Counted from the stretch's first letter, positions 21,273 through 31,041 are shown. The stretch is 64,000 bases of DNA from an uncultured Gammaproteobacteria bacterium (GCA_964641245.1 CAZXML010000001.1:229460-293459), one strand, 5' to 3'. Notes: a model not told the origin generated them from the sequence alone. Program-made: numbers and translations.

Positions 21273-23033
21273 TTATTTAGTAACTGTTAATTCTTCTTTT
21301 TTTCTGTGTCCCAAAAACAATATATTCCCCCGTTCGTTCATCCACGGCAAAACAAGTCTCATAATTGTTCTTGTTAAAATGATGGCGGAAAACATACTTA
21401 CCAGCACGCCGATTGCCAGCGTGACGGCAAAGCCCTGTACAAATCCTGTTCCCATCCAGACCATAAAGAAACAACTAATAAGCGTGGTGATGTTGCTGTC
21501 TCTGATGGACGGCCAGGCCCGAACAAACGCCTCTTCAGCGGCAGATTTAAGACTTCGTCCTTCTCTTAGTTCTTCTTTAAGCCGCTCAAATATAAGCACG
21601 TTGGCATCTACGGCCATACCTATAGATAAGATGAAGCCGGCCATACCGGACAATGTAAGGGTTACGCCGATTAATTTGAATAAAGCAAGAGTTAATAAAG
21701 TGTAAATACATAAAGCAATAGAAGCCAGGAATCCAGGCAATCTATAATACAATATCATATATATAAGTACGGCAATTAAACCATAAATACCGGCCAAGAG
21801 GCTTTTTTGCATGGATTCGGCTCCTAATGTAGCGCCTACTTTTTGCTGGCTGATTAAATCCACCGGGACCGGCAAGGCGCCGGAGTTTAAACGCTGGGCC
21901 AAAAGTTTGGCTTCTTGGATAGAAAAACTGCCGGAAATTACGGCGCTACCGTTTAAAATCGGCTCATTAACTCGCGGGATGCTAACCGGGGTTCCGTCCA
22001 AAAATATGGCAACCAACTTGCCGGTACTGCGCTTGGTGATATCGGCAAATAATTGTGTGCCTTCGTCATTGAATTGCAAAGCCACTTGAACCTGACCGGT
22101 GCGGGAATCCTGACTTACTTCAGTTCTTTTTAATTGTTTGCCGGATAAACCGGTTTCCTTCCATTGTTCGGATGGCGGTACGATATCTATCGGTTGTTTT
22201 GTTTGTACAAAAATTCTGGCAATAGTATAAAGAGTCGTGCTGGCGGATACTGACCCGCCGTCTCCTTGTTGTGAAGAAATTCTTTGTACTATATTCAAAC
22301 CGTCAAAACTTTTTACCAGTTCTGTGCTGACATCGCCGTCTTTGTGAAGACCTGCCCATTTATAAATATCCGGGAAAACCGAATTGTCTATTAAACCAAC
22401 CACTCCGGCTTCGGCTTTAGATTTTTCGTCTTCGGAATATTGTGTTACCGCATCGGCAAAACTCATACCGCCTTTTATAGCGACAAGCGCTTCATTGGCT
22501 TTCTTTTGCGCCGCGGCGTTATAATCGTTCATTTCTTTTGTCTCTGCGGCTGTAAGCGGTCTTAAAGGTTCGTTATTTTCTTCTTTAAATTCTAAAATAG
22601 GAGTTTCACCAATCATTTTTATGGCCTGATTAACGTCGGTAATGCCCGGCAATTCTACAATTACCCGATAATCATTGCCGACTTTGGTTGTTTGCACCAA
22701 CGGCTCGGACACGCCCAAACCACCGCGCACCCGGCGTTCAATTACATCGCGCACGCCTTCTACGGCGCTGGCTCTGTCCGCGTCCGGAATCAATGCGGTA
22801 TCAGCCTGATATATAAGATGGGCGCCACCTTGTAAATCCAGCCCCAAATTAAACCCGGCTGACGGAAAATTAGGAATGCCTAAGTTCGCTTTTTTATTAA
22901 CCCAATCTATGCCTCGGTTAGCGTAAACCGGAAATACTATTAGCAGACAAAAGACAGTTAAAACAAAAATAGCAAAAACACGCCATTTCAGGTTTTCTCT
23001 GGACAAAGGTTTTGGTTGGTTTCTTACGGCCAT
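21273..23033 (-). CDS. secD: Protein translocase subunit SecD with an inserted parvulin-like domain
   Basis: LGLDLQGG, GALPVP, GMAVDANVLIFER. Confidence 0.96.
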   Translation of the reverse strand: MAVRNQPKPLSRENLKWRVFAIFVLTVFCLLIVFPVYANRGIDWVNKKANLGIPNFPSAGFNLGLDLQGGAHLIYQADTALIPDADRASAVEGVRDVIERRVRGGLGVSEPLVQTTKVGNDYRVIVELPGITDVNQAIKMIGETPILEFKEENNEPLRPLTAAETKEMNDYNAAAQKKANEALVAIKGGMSFADAVTQYSEDEKSKAEAGVVGLIDNSVFPDIYKWAGLHKDGDVSTELVKSFDGLNIVQRISSQQGDGGSVSASTTLYTIARIFVQTKQPIDIVPPSEQWKETGLSGKQLKRTEVSQDSRTGQVQVALQFNDEGTQLFADITKRSTGKLVAIFLDGTPVSIPRVNEPILNGSAVISGSFSIQEAKLLAQRLNSGALPVPVDLISQQKVGATLGAESMQKSLLAGIYGLIAVLIYMILYYRLPGFLASIALCIYTLLTLALFKLIGVTLTLSGMAGFILSIGMAVDANVLIFERLKEELREGRSLKSAAEEAFVRAWPSIRDSNITTLISCFFMVWMGTGFVQGFAVTLAIGVLVSMFSAIILTRTIMRLVLPWMNERGNILFLGHRKKEELTVTK

Positions 23034-23089
23034 AGTGGGAAATGTTAAGTACTAAGCGCTAAGTAATTAAGATCTAAGTTTGTTTAATC

Positions 23090-23515
23090 TTAATGTATTT
23101 TGATATTTTTGGCAAGGCCTGCCCGCGTTGAAGGCAATATAATTTTTTCCTTTTCAACCAGCTGAGCGGGCGTTTCCCGGCCTAAAATACTATTAAGTTG
23201 TTTTTTTATATCATCATATTTAAATTTTTCCTTATTTTCACTCGTCACATCAAAGCCGCCATTTTTTTCCACTATAATAACATTTGATTTTATCCGTAAT
23301 TTTTGGGTTTTTCTTCCTACCTCCAAAACAAATAGGCCGCGCAAAGAACCGATTTTATTTTCCACCGCTACCTTGCCTCCTGCTTGCAACAGCAAATTAA
23401 GCTTTCTTTCTGCCTCCTCTATATCTTTGGCAATGGTCGCGCCGGTTTCTACCCGCTTTATCGCCTTTAAGTGTTCCTTTATTTTATCCTCTTCAGTACT
23501 GTTTGGAGAAATTTG
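23090..23515 (-). pseudogene. 5'-truncated hypothetical gene abutting an IS remnant
   Basis: Frame is open from 23515 (QISPNSTEEDKIKEHLK...) with no proper start; it begins at the IS481 left-end fragment. Confidence 0.55.
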
Positions 23516-23627
23516 TTAGGAACAGCCACTTAAGCGAGTTGGGATGTGTCATATGCCGGTACTTTACCCTGCTTCAGGAGCTTTACCGAGAAGCGCGGGG
23601 TGTTACCGATGTATCTCATCTTCTGCA
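23513..23627 (-). mobile_element. Left-end remnant of the IS481-family element
   Basis: Reverse complement closely matches about 36959-37073 (IRL plus first codons MTHPNSLKWLFLT). Confidence 0.9.
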
Positions 23628-23631
23628 TTAT

Positions 23632-23678
23632 CCACAACTAAAACCTCCCCGGTTAAATCAGGGAGGTTTTAGTTGTGG
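23632..23678 (-). terminator. Long hairpin terminator downstream of the GGDEF gene
   Basis: CCACAACTAAAACCTCCC-loop-GGGAGGTTTTAGTTGTGG. Confidence 0.7.
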
Positions 23679-23680
23679 CT

Positions 23681-24742
23681 CTATTTTTTATCTGGCTTTG
23701 TGTGTTTTTTATATTCTCCGTCTTTTTTGTCGTAATACCAAACCTGATTTCTATTCGGCTCACCCTCATGCTTTTCCGTAACTTTGACGCCTTCTTGAAG
23801 TTTAGTTTTTTCTCCCTTAGATAAATACAATCCTGTGTCGGATATTTTTTTCATTTCTTCAAAATTTTCATCATAGGGGGAAACACCGGCGCTGATAGTT
23901 ACTTTAATTTCTTTGCCATCATAAACCATTTTTTTATTCTCAATCTCCTTGCGTAAACGTTCCGCGAACCCAGGAGTATCACCATTCGCGTTTGGTGCTA
24001 TAATTACCATTTCTTCACCACCATAACGAGCCAAGGAGTCCCCTTTACGCATATTGGCTTTTAATGTTTTTGCAACCTCTTTTAGAACATAATCGCCGGC
24101 CTGGTGTCCATAAGTATCATTTACTTTTTTAAAATGGTCAATATCTATCATAATCATAGAAAACTCACCGCGATGTTTTACTTCTTTTTGACGTCGCTCC
24201 ACATCTTTGTCAAAATGTACGCGATTATTAATGCCGGTTAACGAATCTGTTCCGGCTTTAACTTTAGCTACAATAGTTTCTTTTATTGAATCTTCCAACA
24301 CATCACTGCCTTCGCCTGTTTCGTATATTTTAGTAGATGATTTTTTAGATTTTTTTTGTTTTGATTCGCGCAAGGCATGTTCTTCCTGGGCATAATCTTG
24401 CATAAAATCTTCTATAGGCACACCAAGATTTTCTGCCTCCTGGGCCAAGCGCTGATCAAAAGACTCACGCAGTAAATCTGTGATTTCGCCTTTAAATCTA
24501 TTTAGATCCTGTGCCGCCTCGCCTTCCGGATTTTTTGCCAACTCTTCAACGATTATATTATTTATCTCTTCCAAATCAGATTCTAAATCAGGGTCTTCAA
24601 GACCGGATTCTGCCAATATTTTCTGTATGTGGGGGGATGTCTCTATTAATTTTTTAATGTTTCCAAAATTCGGCCCAACCACGGCTTCGGCTTCGCCTTC
24701 TTGATTTTCTCTTTTTTCCGCCAGCTCATTAGTCTTGGTCAT
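23681..24742 (-). CDS. Diguanylate cyclase (GGDEF domain, GGEEM)
   Basis: DSLTG, DIDHFKKVNDTYGHQAGD, RxxD I-site (RKGD), RYGGEEM; acidic N-terminal helices. Confidence 0.9.
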   Translation of the reverse strand: MTKTNELAEKRENQEGEAEAVVGPNFGNIKKLIETSPHIQKILAESGLEDPDLESDLEEINNIIVEELAKNPEGEAAQDLNRFKGEITDLLRESFDQRLAQEAENLGVPIEDFMQDYAQEEHALRESKQKKSKKSSTKIYETGEGSDVLEDSIKETIVAKVKAGTDSLTGINNRVHFDKDVERRQKEVKHRGEFSMIMIDIDHFKKVNDTYGHQAGDYVLKEVAKTLKANMRKGDSLARYGGEEMVIIAPNANGDTPGFAERLRKEIENKKMVYDGKEIKVTISAGVSPYDENFEEMKKISDTGLYLSKGEKTKLQEGVKVTEKHEGEPNRNQVWYYDKKDGEYKKHTKPDKK

Positions 24743-24743
24743 A

Positions 24744-25070
24744 CTATATAGATTTCATCTTATTTAAAATAATTTCCATTTTTTTGCGATCTGCATCGTT
24801 CAATTTTTGTTTGTATAAACTTATTATTTTCTGATCAAGTTTTTTTCTGGCGGCGGCAATTTTATTATAAAAACCAGGGTCTTCTTTCATTTTTTTTGTC
24901 AAAACTTTTTTTTGCCACTCGTTTACTTCCAGTAAAGTATTTTTTAACTTATTTAATTTTACTTCACTTAAATCTTTTGTCTTTGTCAAAACCTCTTCCT
25001 TGAATTTTGTTTCAAAAACAAGAATCTCTTCAAGCAAACCGGTAATTTCTTTTTGCGGGTCTACTGGCAT
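24744..25070 (-). CDS. Hypothetical Lys-rich helical protein
   Basis: 108 aa ORF tightly packed between its neighbours. Confidence 0.7.
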   Translation of the reverse strand: MPVDPQKEITGLLEEILVFETKFKEEVLTKTKDLSEVKLNKLKNTLLEVNEWQKKVLTKKMKEDPGFYNKIAAARKKLDQKIISLYKQKLNDADRKKMEIILNKMKSI

Positions 25071-25075
25071 ATTTT

Positions 25076-26401
25076 TTACATCAATTGATAGCTTTTGGTT
25101 GGTTCTTTTACCCCCTCAAAGACGACGTCCTTAATATTATAAACGCCAAACTGCCGGCCATCCAAGAAACCAGCCATCGCCGATTCGGCTAACCAGCCGC
25201 TGTCTACCCAGTCAAACAACCATTCGTGGGTGTATTTGGGATTGTTTTGAGAAATGCCGGCGCCAATAGTTTTTAGCCAGGTACGGTTGTAGTTTTCTTG
25301 CGCGCCGACAGACGGAGCCATAATAAGGGGTAGGCCCAAACCAGCATAAAATACCAGCTCGCTTGGTTTGCTCCAAAGGATGTCGGTGGTACGCAGGGCT
25401 TTATTAAACTGATTAAAATAATCGTCCTTATCGATGGCGAATATAATTTGAATATTTTTGCCTAATAGTTTTTGGAGTCCACATTCTTTAATTTTTTCTT
25501 GGAAATACAAATAAACATCGTTGCGCGTGCCGGCCACTAAATTGAGGTGTAAATCTTCTTTGAGAAGCCTCTTTTTTAAACTATTCAAAATATCAGTGGC
25601 CATCATTTTTTGGGCCCCGGCGCCACCCACAGCAAAGGTAAGAGTAAGCGGATGAGTCCCGGTTGTTTTCTGGGCGTCAACTTTTAAAAAGTGGGAAACG
25701 GTATCGGAATATTTTTGCCTATATCTTTTTTGCGGATCCAAATTATGAATTCTGACCACTAAGTCGGATTTCAAAACTCCCAAATCGGCGCCGCCCAAAT
25801 TTTCTTCGGGCAAGGGGAAACCGGTAAGAAAAATGTTTTCGTCTTTTACGCCGTAAAGTTTCAACCTGTCTACCACCCGCCGGCAGGGAGCCAAATATTT
25901 TATCCGGCTTTTTTTCGGGTTAGAGGCAACCCATGTACGGCTGATATCCGCGTCGCACAATACCAAATAAATATCATTTTTCAAACAATGTTCTTCCGCC
26001 ATAAAAGAAACGGCGAAGAATGTGGTGATGAGTGGAATGTCTTTGGTGTTAAGAAATTTTATTAAATCTTCTCCCCAGCCTTTGTGTATAAGCGAATACA
26101 TTTCCCGGATCTGTAAATTTGGTTTTGACAAATCGCGGCGCGGGTAAAAATCTTTAATGCTTTGCAGTTTGTCGTATAAATTAAACAAATACTTGCCGAT
26201 TAACGGGAAATTTATCAAGCGCGAAACAAAGCCATAAAAAACTTCGGATTCATGCCAAATACGAAAATCTTTTTCGGGGATTCCCTGATAATTGTTGGCG
26301 CTGATAACTTTGCCCGTAGGAGAAAGGTGGCGCAAAGGATAGGCCGCGCGCTGATGCCCGTAGCCCATATCGACCGCCACTATCCAGGCTTGTTTGTCCA
26401 T
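25076..26401 (-). CDS. Glycosyltransferase-fold protein (MGDG synthase/GT28-like)
   Basis: VDMGYGHQRAA, TGFPLP, KPSEL, GAQE; start refined to MDKQ. Confidence 0.7.
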   Translation of the reverse strand: MDKQAWIVAVDMGYGHQRAAYPLRHLSPTGKVISANNYQGIPEKDFRIWHESEVFYGFVSRLINFPLIGKYLFNLYDKLQSIKDFYPRRDLSKPNLQIREMYSLIHKGWGEDLIKFLNTKDIPLITTFFAVSFMAEEHCLKNDIYLVLCDADISRTWVASNPKKSRIKYLAPCRRVVDRLKLYGVKDENIFLTGFPLPEENLGGADLGVLKSDLVVRIHNLDPQKRYRQKYSDTVSHFLKVDAQKTTGTHPLTLTFAVGGAGAQKMMATDILNSLKKRLLKEDLHLNLVAGTRNDVYLYFQEKIKECGLQKLLGKNIQIIFAIDKDDYFNQFNKALRTTDILWSKPSELVFYAGLGLPLIMAPSVGAQENYNRTWLKTIGAGISQNNPKYTHEWLFDWVDSGWLAESAMAGFLDGRQFGVYNIKDVVFEGVKEPTKSYQLM

Positions 26402-26466
26402 ATAAATAATTAACAAATAACAATTAGCAACTAACAACCCGCCAATCGATTGTTAATTGTTTTTTG

Positions 26467-27207
26467 TTAATTGTTAATTTTTCTCTTGTTGTTTGCCCAG
26501 ATAAAACCCATGGTCTTATCAAAATGAGAAGGAAATACCTGAACACCAAAGCCGTTGGCTCTTAATTTTTCGGCAATATCCTTGTGCCTAATACCCATAT
26601 GATACTCCAAAATGACAAAATTTACCATCGCAAAATCGCTGGCAGACATACTTTCAAACAACTCGTACTCCCCTCCTTCAATATCCATTTTTAAGAGAGA
26701 TATCTTTTTAATTTTATTTTTTTTACAAAAATCGGCAAAAGAAAAAGCGTGAACCGCGATGGTTTTCTCGGCGGTTTCGTCTGCACCGGTGTAATCCGCG
26801 AATAAGCGGCCGGATGATGAACCGCCGGCCTCTGTCAAATGATGGTTATGGCTGTCGGCGGATAAAACCAGCTGTCTTTCGCCGCTTTCCGAAGCTAACG
26901 CCCCGGCAACAACCTCCACTCCCAAAATTTTATTCTCGTCCAAATGTTGTTTAAGCAATTTTAAATTTTCCGGCTCCGGTTCTATGCCAAATATTTTTAC
27001 TTTTTCATTTAAAGCCCGGCAATACATACTAAAAAATCCAGCATGCGCGCCCACGTCTACTATTGGGTGCTTAGCGGTTTTTATAGTTTCATCCGCGGCT
27101 CGGTATTCTTTGAGCTTAAAAATTTCGTTAAAAACACTCTGATCCGCTTCGTCGCGCAGATACACCTGCCAATTGTGCCCGTTTAATTTTAGGTTTACTT
27201 TTTGCAT
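26467..27207 (-). CDS. FkbM-family methyltransferase
   Basis: VDVGAHAGFFS, IEPEPEN, LLKMDIEGGE; start refined to MQKV. Confidence 0.88.
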   Translation of the reverse strand: MQKVNLKLNGHNWQVYLRDEADQSVFNEIFKLKEYRAADETIKTAKHPIVDVGAHAGFFSMYCRALNEKVKIFGIEPEPENLKLLKQHLDENKILGVEVVAGALASESGERQLVLSADSHNHHLTEAGGSSSGRLFADYTGADETAEKTIAVHAFSFADFCKKNKIKKISLLKMDIEGGEYELFESMSASDFAMVNFVILEYHMGIRHKDIAEKLRANGFGVQVFPSHFDKTMGFIWANNKRKINN

Positions 27208-27328
27208 TGATTTAACGTAATCACGCCGGGTAGCGTCCATTGAAACCCGGCGCTTAATCATTTTAGCTTAAAAACAAACAAAAGACAATCCTTGGTTTAT
27301 TAGGATGTTAGGATGATAAAACTATTCG

Positions 27329-27399
27329 TTCCGAGGCTTGGAATCGAACCAAGATAAACAGCTTCAAAGGCTGCTGTCCTACCTTTAGACGACCTCGGA
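27329..27399 (-). tRNA. tRNA-Gln (TTG)
   Basis: Minus-strand cloverleaf with anticodon arm GCAGC-CTTTGAA-GCTGT; paralogous to 17213-17283. Confidence 0.93.
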
Positions 27400-27402
27400 G
27401 TA

Positions 27403-28311
27403 TCAGGCCCGCAATTGCTTGCGCATCGCTAAACCGCTGGATGAAACCGTGAGAAGCAACACTGCCAGAGCTTGAGCTCCGAACAGCATCAGCATATTGG
27501 ATTGAAAGTAATTTGTCAAGGAAAAACCGTTTGGCAAAACCACGGCCAAGTACGGATCTATCCATTTTAGACCAAGAAAAACAATGGCCATTGTAATGAG
27601 TACGCTTATAATTGTAAACAATAAAGACTCAATAAAATAGGGGCCACGAATAAACCAGTTACTGGCTCCCACCAATCTTTTGATATTGATTTCCATTTGT
27701 TGGGTATTGATGGCGACACGGATGGTGTTGAAAATAATAAGGAAAGAAATAAGGGCGAACAAAATTGTGAGGCCGAAACCTATTCTTTCTATACGATTGG
27801 TGATGTTCTGCAGTCTTTCGATGGCGTCTTCATGATTATCAAAACTTTTTGCCTCAATTAATTTTTCGTATTCCGGCACATTTAGGGCATCAATTATTTT
27901 CTTGTAATCTTGCGGCTCTTTTGTTTTGATAATCATAGTGGGACCAAAAGGGTTTTTACCCAGCTCGGACAAAGCGTCCAGCGCTTCTATCTGCAGTTTG
28001 TGTTGTTCGCGAAAAGAGGCCAGCACGTCTTCCTTGGATTGCAATTTTATCTCGGTGACTTCCGGAAACATTCCTACGTAAGCTTTAATTTCATTAACGT
28101 TTTTGTCTGTCGCGTCTGGCACAAAATAAATACTGATGTCTATTTGTTTTTTTACGGCTTCTACCGCGGCCTTGGTAAGCACGTCCAGCGACCATAAGGT
28201 ATTTACGGATAAAAGCATTAAAACCAAAATAAAAACCGTCATAAAAGACAGGCTGAAGTTCCGGCCGATATCCTGAAACGCAAATTTTATTACGCGTAGA
28301 AATGATTGCAT
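27403..28311 (-). CDS. ftsX: Cell division permease FtsX
   Basis: IIFNTIRVAI...LVGASNWFIRGPY; downstream of ftsE. Confidence 0.93.
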   Translation of the reverse strand: MQSFLRVIKFAFQDIGRNFSLSFMTVFILVLMLLSVNTLWSLDVLTKAAVEAVKKQIDISIYFVPDATDKNVNEIKAYVGMFPEVTEIKLQSKEDVLASFREQHKLQIEALDALSELGKNPFGPTMIIKTKEPQDYKKIIDALNVPEYEKLIEAKSFDNHEDAIERLQNITNRIERIGFGLTILFALISFLIIFNTIRVAINTQQMEINIKRLVGASNWFIRGPYFIESLLFTIISVLITMAIVFLGLKWIDPYLAVVLPNGFSLTNYFQSNMLMLFGAQALAVLLLTVSSSGLAMRKQLRA

Positions 28312-28357
28312 ATCTTGAAAATTTCTAATTATTAATTTCTAATAACCAGTGTCAAAT

Positions 28358-28435
28358 TGTCATCCTGAATGTAATGAAGGATCTCTGTCTCAATCGCCAA
28401 ACGGACAGAGATTCTTCGCTTCACTCAGAATGACA
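28358..28435. repeat. Family-A element between ftsE and ftsX
   Basis: Near-identical to 34715-34794 and 60743-60820. Confidence 0.9.
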
Positions 28436-28468
28436 AATGACGTGTGACCTGAATGACAGTTAAAAAAT

Positions 28469-29149
28469 TTACAACTTGTACTTTCCTTCATTTTCATCGT
28501 TAATTATTTCTCCGCCATGCAAGGTGATAACGCGGCGGCGCAGATGATTAACAATTTCGCGGTTGTGTGTTACCAAAATAATAGTGGTGCCAAATTCGTT
28601 TATTTTTTTTAAAATAGAAACAATTTCGGCGGCGTTGATAGAATCCAAGTTGCCTGTCGGTTCATCTGCCACAATAATTTTTGGTCTGTGCACCAATGAC
28701 CGGGCGATGGCGGTGCGCTGTTGCTCTCCACCGGATAATTGAAACGGATAACTGTCGGCCTTGTGCGCCAGATTTACAATTTCCAAAACTTGCGGAACTA
28801 CCTGGCAAATGCGATCTCTGTGTTCTCCGGCCACTTCCAGGGCGAACGCAATATTTTCGTAAACAGTTCTTTTTGGCAATAATTTAAAATCCTGAAACAC
28901 GACGCCGATTTGCCGGCGTAAAAAAGGAACGTCGTTAGAGTCTATATTGGTAATATCCCAACCCCCGATTTCTATAGTACCTTTGTTGGGGCGCTCTTCG
29001 GCGATAAGCATTTTGACTAACGTTGTTTTGCCTGTGCCACTCTGACCGACAATAGACACAAACTCTCCCGCGTTTATGTGCAGATTTAAATGGCGCAAGG
29101 CGGGCGTGCCGGTGGGATAAATTTTGGTGACGCCGGTTATTTTTATCAT
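28469..29149 (-). CDS. ftsE: Cell division ATP-binding protein FtsE
   Basis: GQSGTGKTT, LRRQIGVVFQDFKLL, LSGGEQQR, DEPTGNLD. Confidence 0.95.
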   Translation of the reverse strand: MIKITGVTKIYPTGTPALRHLNLHINAGEFVSIVGQSGTGKTTLVKMLIAEERPNKGTIEIGGWDITNIDSNDVPFLRRQIGVVFQDFKLLPKRTVYENIAFALEVAGEHRDRICQVVPQVLEIVNLAHKADSYPFQLSGGEQQRTAIARSLVHRPKIIVADEPTGNLDSINAAEIVSILKKINEFGTTIILVTHNREIVNHLRRRVITLHGGEIINDENEGKYKL

Positions 29150-29202
29150 ATACAGTTACCGATTCATTATACCACGATTTATGGTAAACAAAAATATTAA
29201 CT

Positions 29203-29314
29203 TGTCATCCTGAATGAAATGAAGGATCTCTGTCCGTTTAGCTGTCATTCCCATAACAATGGGAATCCAGACAATCATCGATTCGACTGGATTCCCGCTT
29301 TGGCGGGAATGACA
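29203..29314. repeat. Half family-A element plus a GTCATTCCC...GGGAATGAC (dRS3-like) element
   Basis: TGTCATTCCCATAACAATGGGAATCCAG...CTGGATTCCCGCTTTGGCGGGAATGACA. Confidence 0.85.
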
Positions 29315-29321
29315 ATTACCA

Positions 29322-29861
29322 TTACATAAACACCGCTTTAAGTTTGCGGCGGCGGGCTTTATAGTCCGGCACAGCTTTGGCCACCAAGGCCCAGAACCGG
29401 AAAGAGTGATTTAGCTCTTTTAGATGACAAAGTTCATGAACAACAATATATTCGGCCAATTCTACGGGCAGATGAATGATTTTGTAATTAAAATTTAGAT
29501 TGCCTTTTTTGGAACAACTGCCCCACCGGCTCTTGTGATTTTTTATGCAGACGCGGTTGAAAGAAAAATTGTAAAATTTATTTATTTCCGCAATTTTTTC
29601 TTTTACAAATTCGCGCGCCTGCTCTTTTAACTGTCGATATTCACGAACGCCGCCGCGACGCCCTTCACGAAATACCGGACCCAACTTTTGAAAGTGGGCT
29701 ACTTTTTTTAATACCCAGCCGGCTTTGTCGGCCAAAAATTTTTCCACTTTATTTTGTGAAAAAAAATGCGGCACGGTTACCACTACGCTGGCGTCGCAAC
29801 GAACTGTGATGCGCATGTGTCTGGCACGGGCGCTTTGTTTGAGGGTATAGGGTAAATTCAT
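29322..29861 (-). CDS. YgjP/DUF45-like (M48/SprT-like) metal-dependent hydrolase
   Basis: KSRWGSCS, YIVVHELCHL, NHS..FW. Confidence 0.88.
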   Translation of the reverse strand: MNLPYTLKQSARARHMRITVRCDASVVVTVPHFFSQNKVEKFLADKAGWVLKKVAHFQKLGPVFREGRRGGVREYRQLKEQAREFVKEKIAEINKFYNFSFNRVCIKNHKSRWGSCSKKGNLNFNYKIIHLPVELAEYIVVHELCHLKELNHSFRFWALVAKAVPDYKARRRKLKAVFM

Positions 29862-29919
29862 TGTGTAAGGGATTCCTCCACTACGGTCGGAATGACAATG
29901 CTAAAGTGATGCGTAAAAT

Positions 29920-30786
29920 TTACAAAAGAAGTCCGTCTCGGTTTTCTTCTTTATCGTAATTCAGGATATAAACATCGGCTTTGTATTCGTCCATGCCCAC
30001 ATATTCGGCTTTTTTGTCCAAAATTGCCTGCATGGGGCGGCAGGAACCGCAACCTTCTTCGCCGGACGGACATTTGAAACGTTCCAATTGGCGGGCTAAT
30101 TTTACCTGTTGAGCCACATCCATAATATTTTTTCGCGCGGTTTCCAAGTCGGGCAATTCTTTTGGCGTTAAGGTGTCACTGCTGTCTAAATACCAATAGC
30201 TGGCTTTGCTTACTTTGCGTTTTTGGCAGTTATGAACAAGCAGGTGGTAAATCGGCAATTGCAAAGATTCCGGATCTTCTTCGGACCGGCCGGTTTTAAA
30301 ATCTATAATATGAACACTGTCGGTTTCGGGCAGATACTCCAGCCAGTCTATTTTTCCGCATAAAATAATATTATCTTCTTCAGATAACCAAAATTGCGGC
30401 AAATCCATTTGGATTTTTACGGCCAAACCGGAAAGCGGGGCGGAATTGTTCATTACCCGGCGTAACATATCCTGCCCGCGCGTTTTGTATTTGTGTTCCG
30501 TATCGCCATTGGTAAAACCGCCGTTTTTGCCCGATACTTTTGCCCAGACTTTTTCAAACTTGGCGATAAGAGATTCGGAAAAGCGGGAGTGTTTAGGCAA
30601 AACCGACAAAGACTCCAAAACTTCGTGCACAGCCGAGCCTAAAGAAAGCGCCGGGCTGACAAGTTTTATTTTATGATTTGTTTTGGGATCGCGGTAAACA
30701 TTTTTTAGATAATACGCGCGCGGACAACGCAAAAAATCACTCATTGAAGAATGCGAAACCCAGGTGGCCGTGTATTTGTCGGGCAT
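29920..30786 (-). CDS. PD-(D/E)XK RecB-family nuclease
   Basis: S.S....F..CP, GSAVHEVLE, GKIDWL, IIDFKTG, QL.IY, C-terminal C..C. Confidence 0.88.
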   Translation of the reverse strand: MPDKYTATWVSHSSMSDFLRCPRAYYLKNVYRDPKTNHKIKLVSPALSLGSAVHEVLESLSVLPKHSRFSESLIAKFEKVWAKVSGKNGGFTNGDTEHKYKTRGQDMLRRVMNNSAPLSGLAVKIQMDLPQFWLSEEDNIILCGKIDWLEYLPETDSVHIIDFKTGRSEEDPESLQLPIYHLLVHNCQKRKVSKASYWYLDSSDTLTPKELPDLETARKNIMDVAQQVKLARQLERFKCPSGEEGCGSCRPMQAILDKKAEYVGMDEYKADVYILNYDKEENRDGLLL

Positions 30787-30876
30787 ACACAAAAAATTTA
30801 TTTATAAATTTTTTTCAATTTCCAAATCCCAATTTCCAAACCACTTGTCATCCTGAATGAAATGAAGGATCTCTGT

Positions 30877-31041
30877 CTACTCTTGCGCCTTTGCCACTGC
30901 GTCTTCTTCGTCGTAGCCTTCGTCTTCCAATTTCTCAACCTTTTTGGCTTCTTTTTCGTCTAAATCAAATTCGTCCATTAATTCGTGGACATCTTCGGCC
31001 AAATCGTCGGCTGGTTTTTTGTCGTCGTCGTCATTTTGCAT
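30877..31041 (-). CDS. Small highly acidic protein (54 aa)
   Basis: My translation: MQNDDDDKKPADDLAEDVHELMDEFDLDEKEAKKVEKLEDEGYDEEDAVAKAQE; the stop lies at the edge of a half family-A repeat (30846-30879). Confidence 0.7.
   Translation of the reverse strand: MQNDDDDKKPADDLAEDVHELMDEFDLDEKEAKKVEKLEDEGYDEEDAVAKAQE

Noticed and set aside
23628-23636. TTATCCACA DnaA-box matches here and near 5292 as oriC
   Set aside because: They are isolated single boxes, one in a terminator arm and one inside a CDS; there is no cluster and no dnaA.
29920-30786. Cas4 call for the PD-(D/E)XK nuclease
   Set aside because: No CRISPR or cas context; a generic RecB-family call is all the sequence supports.
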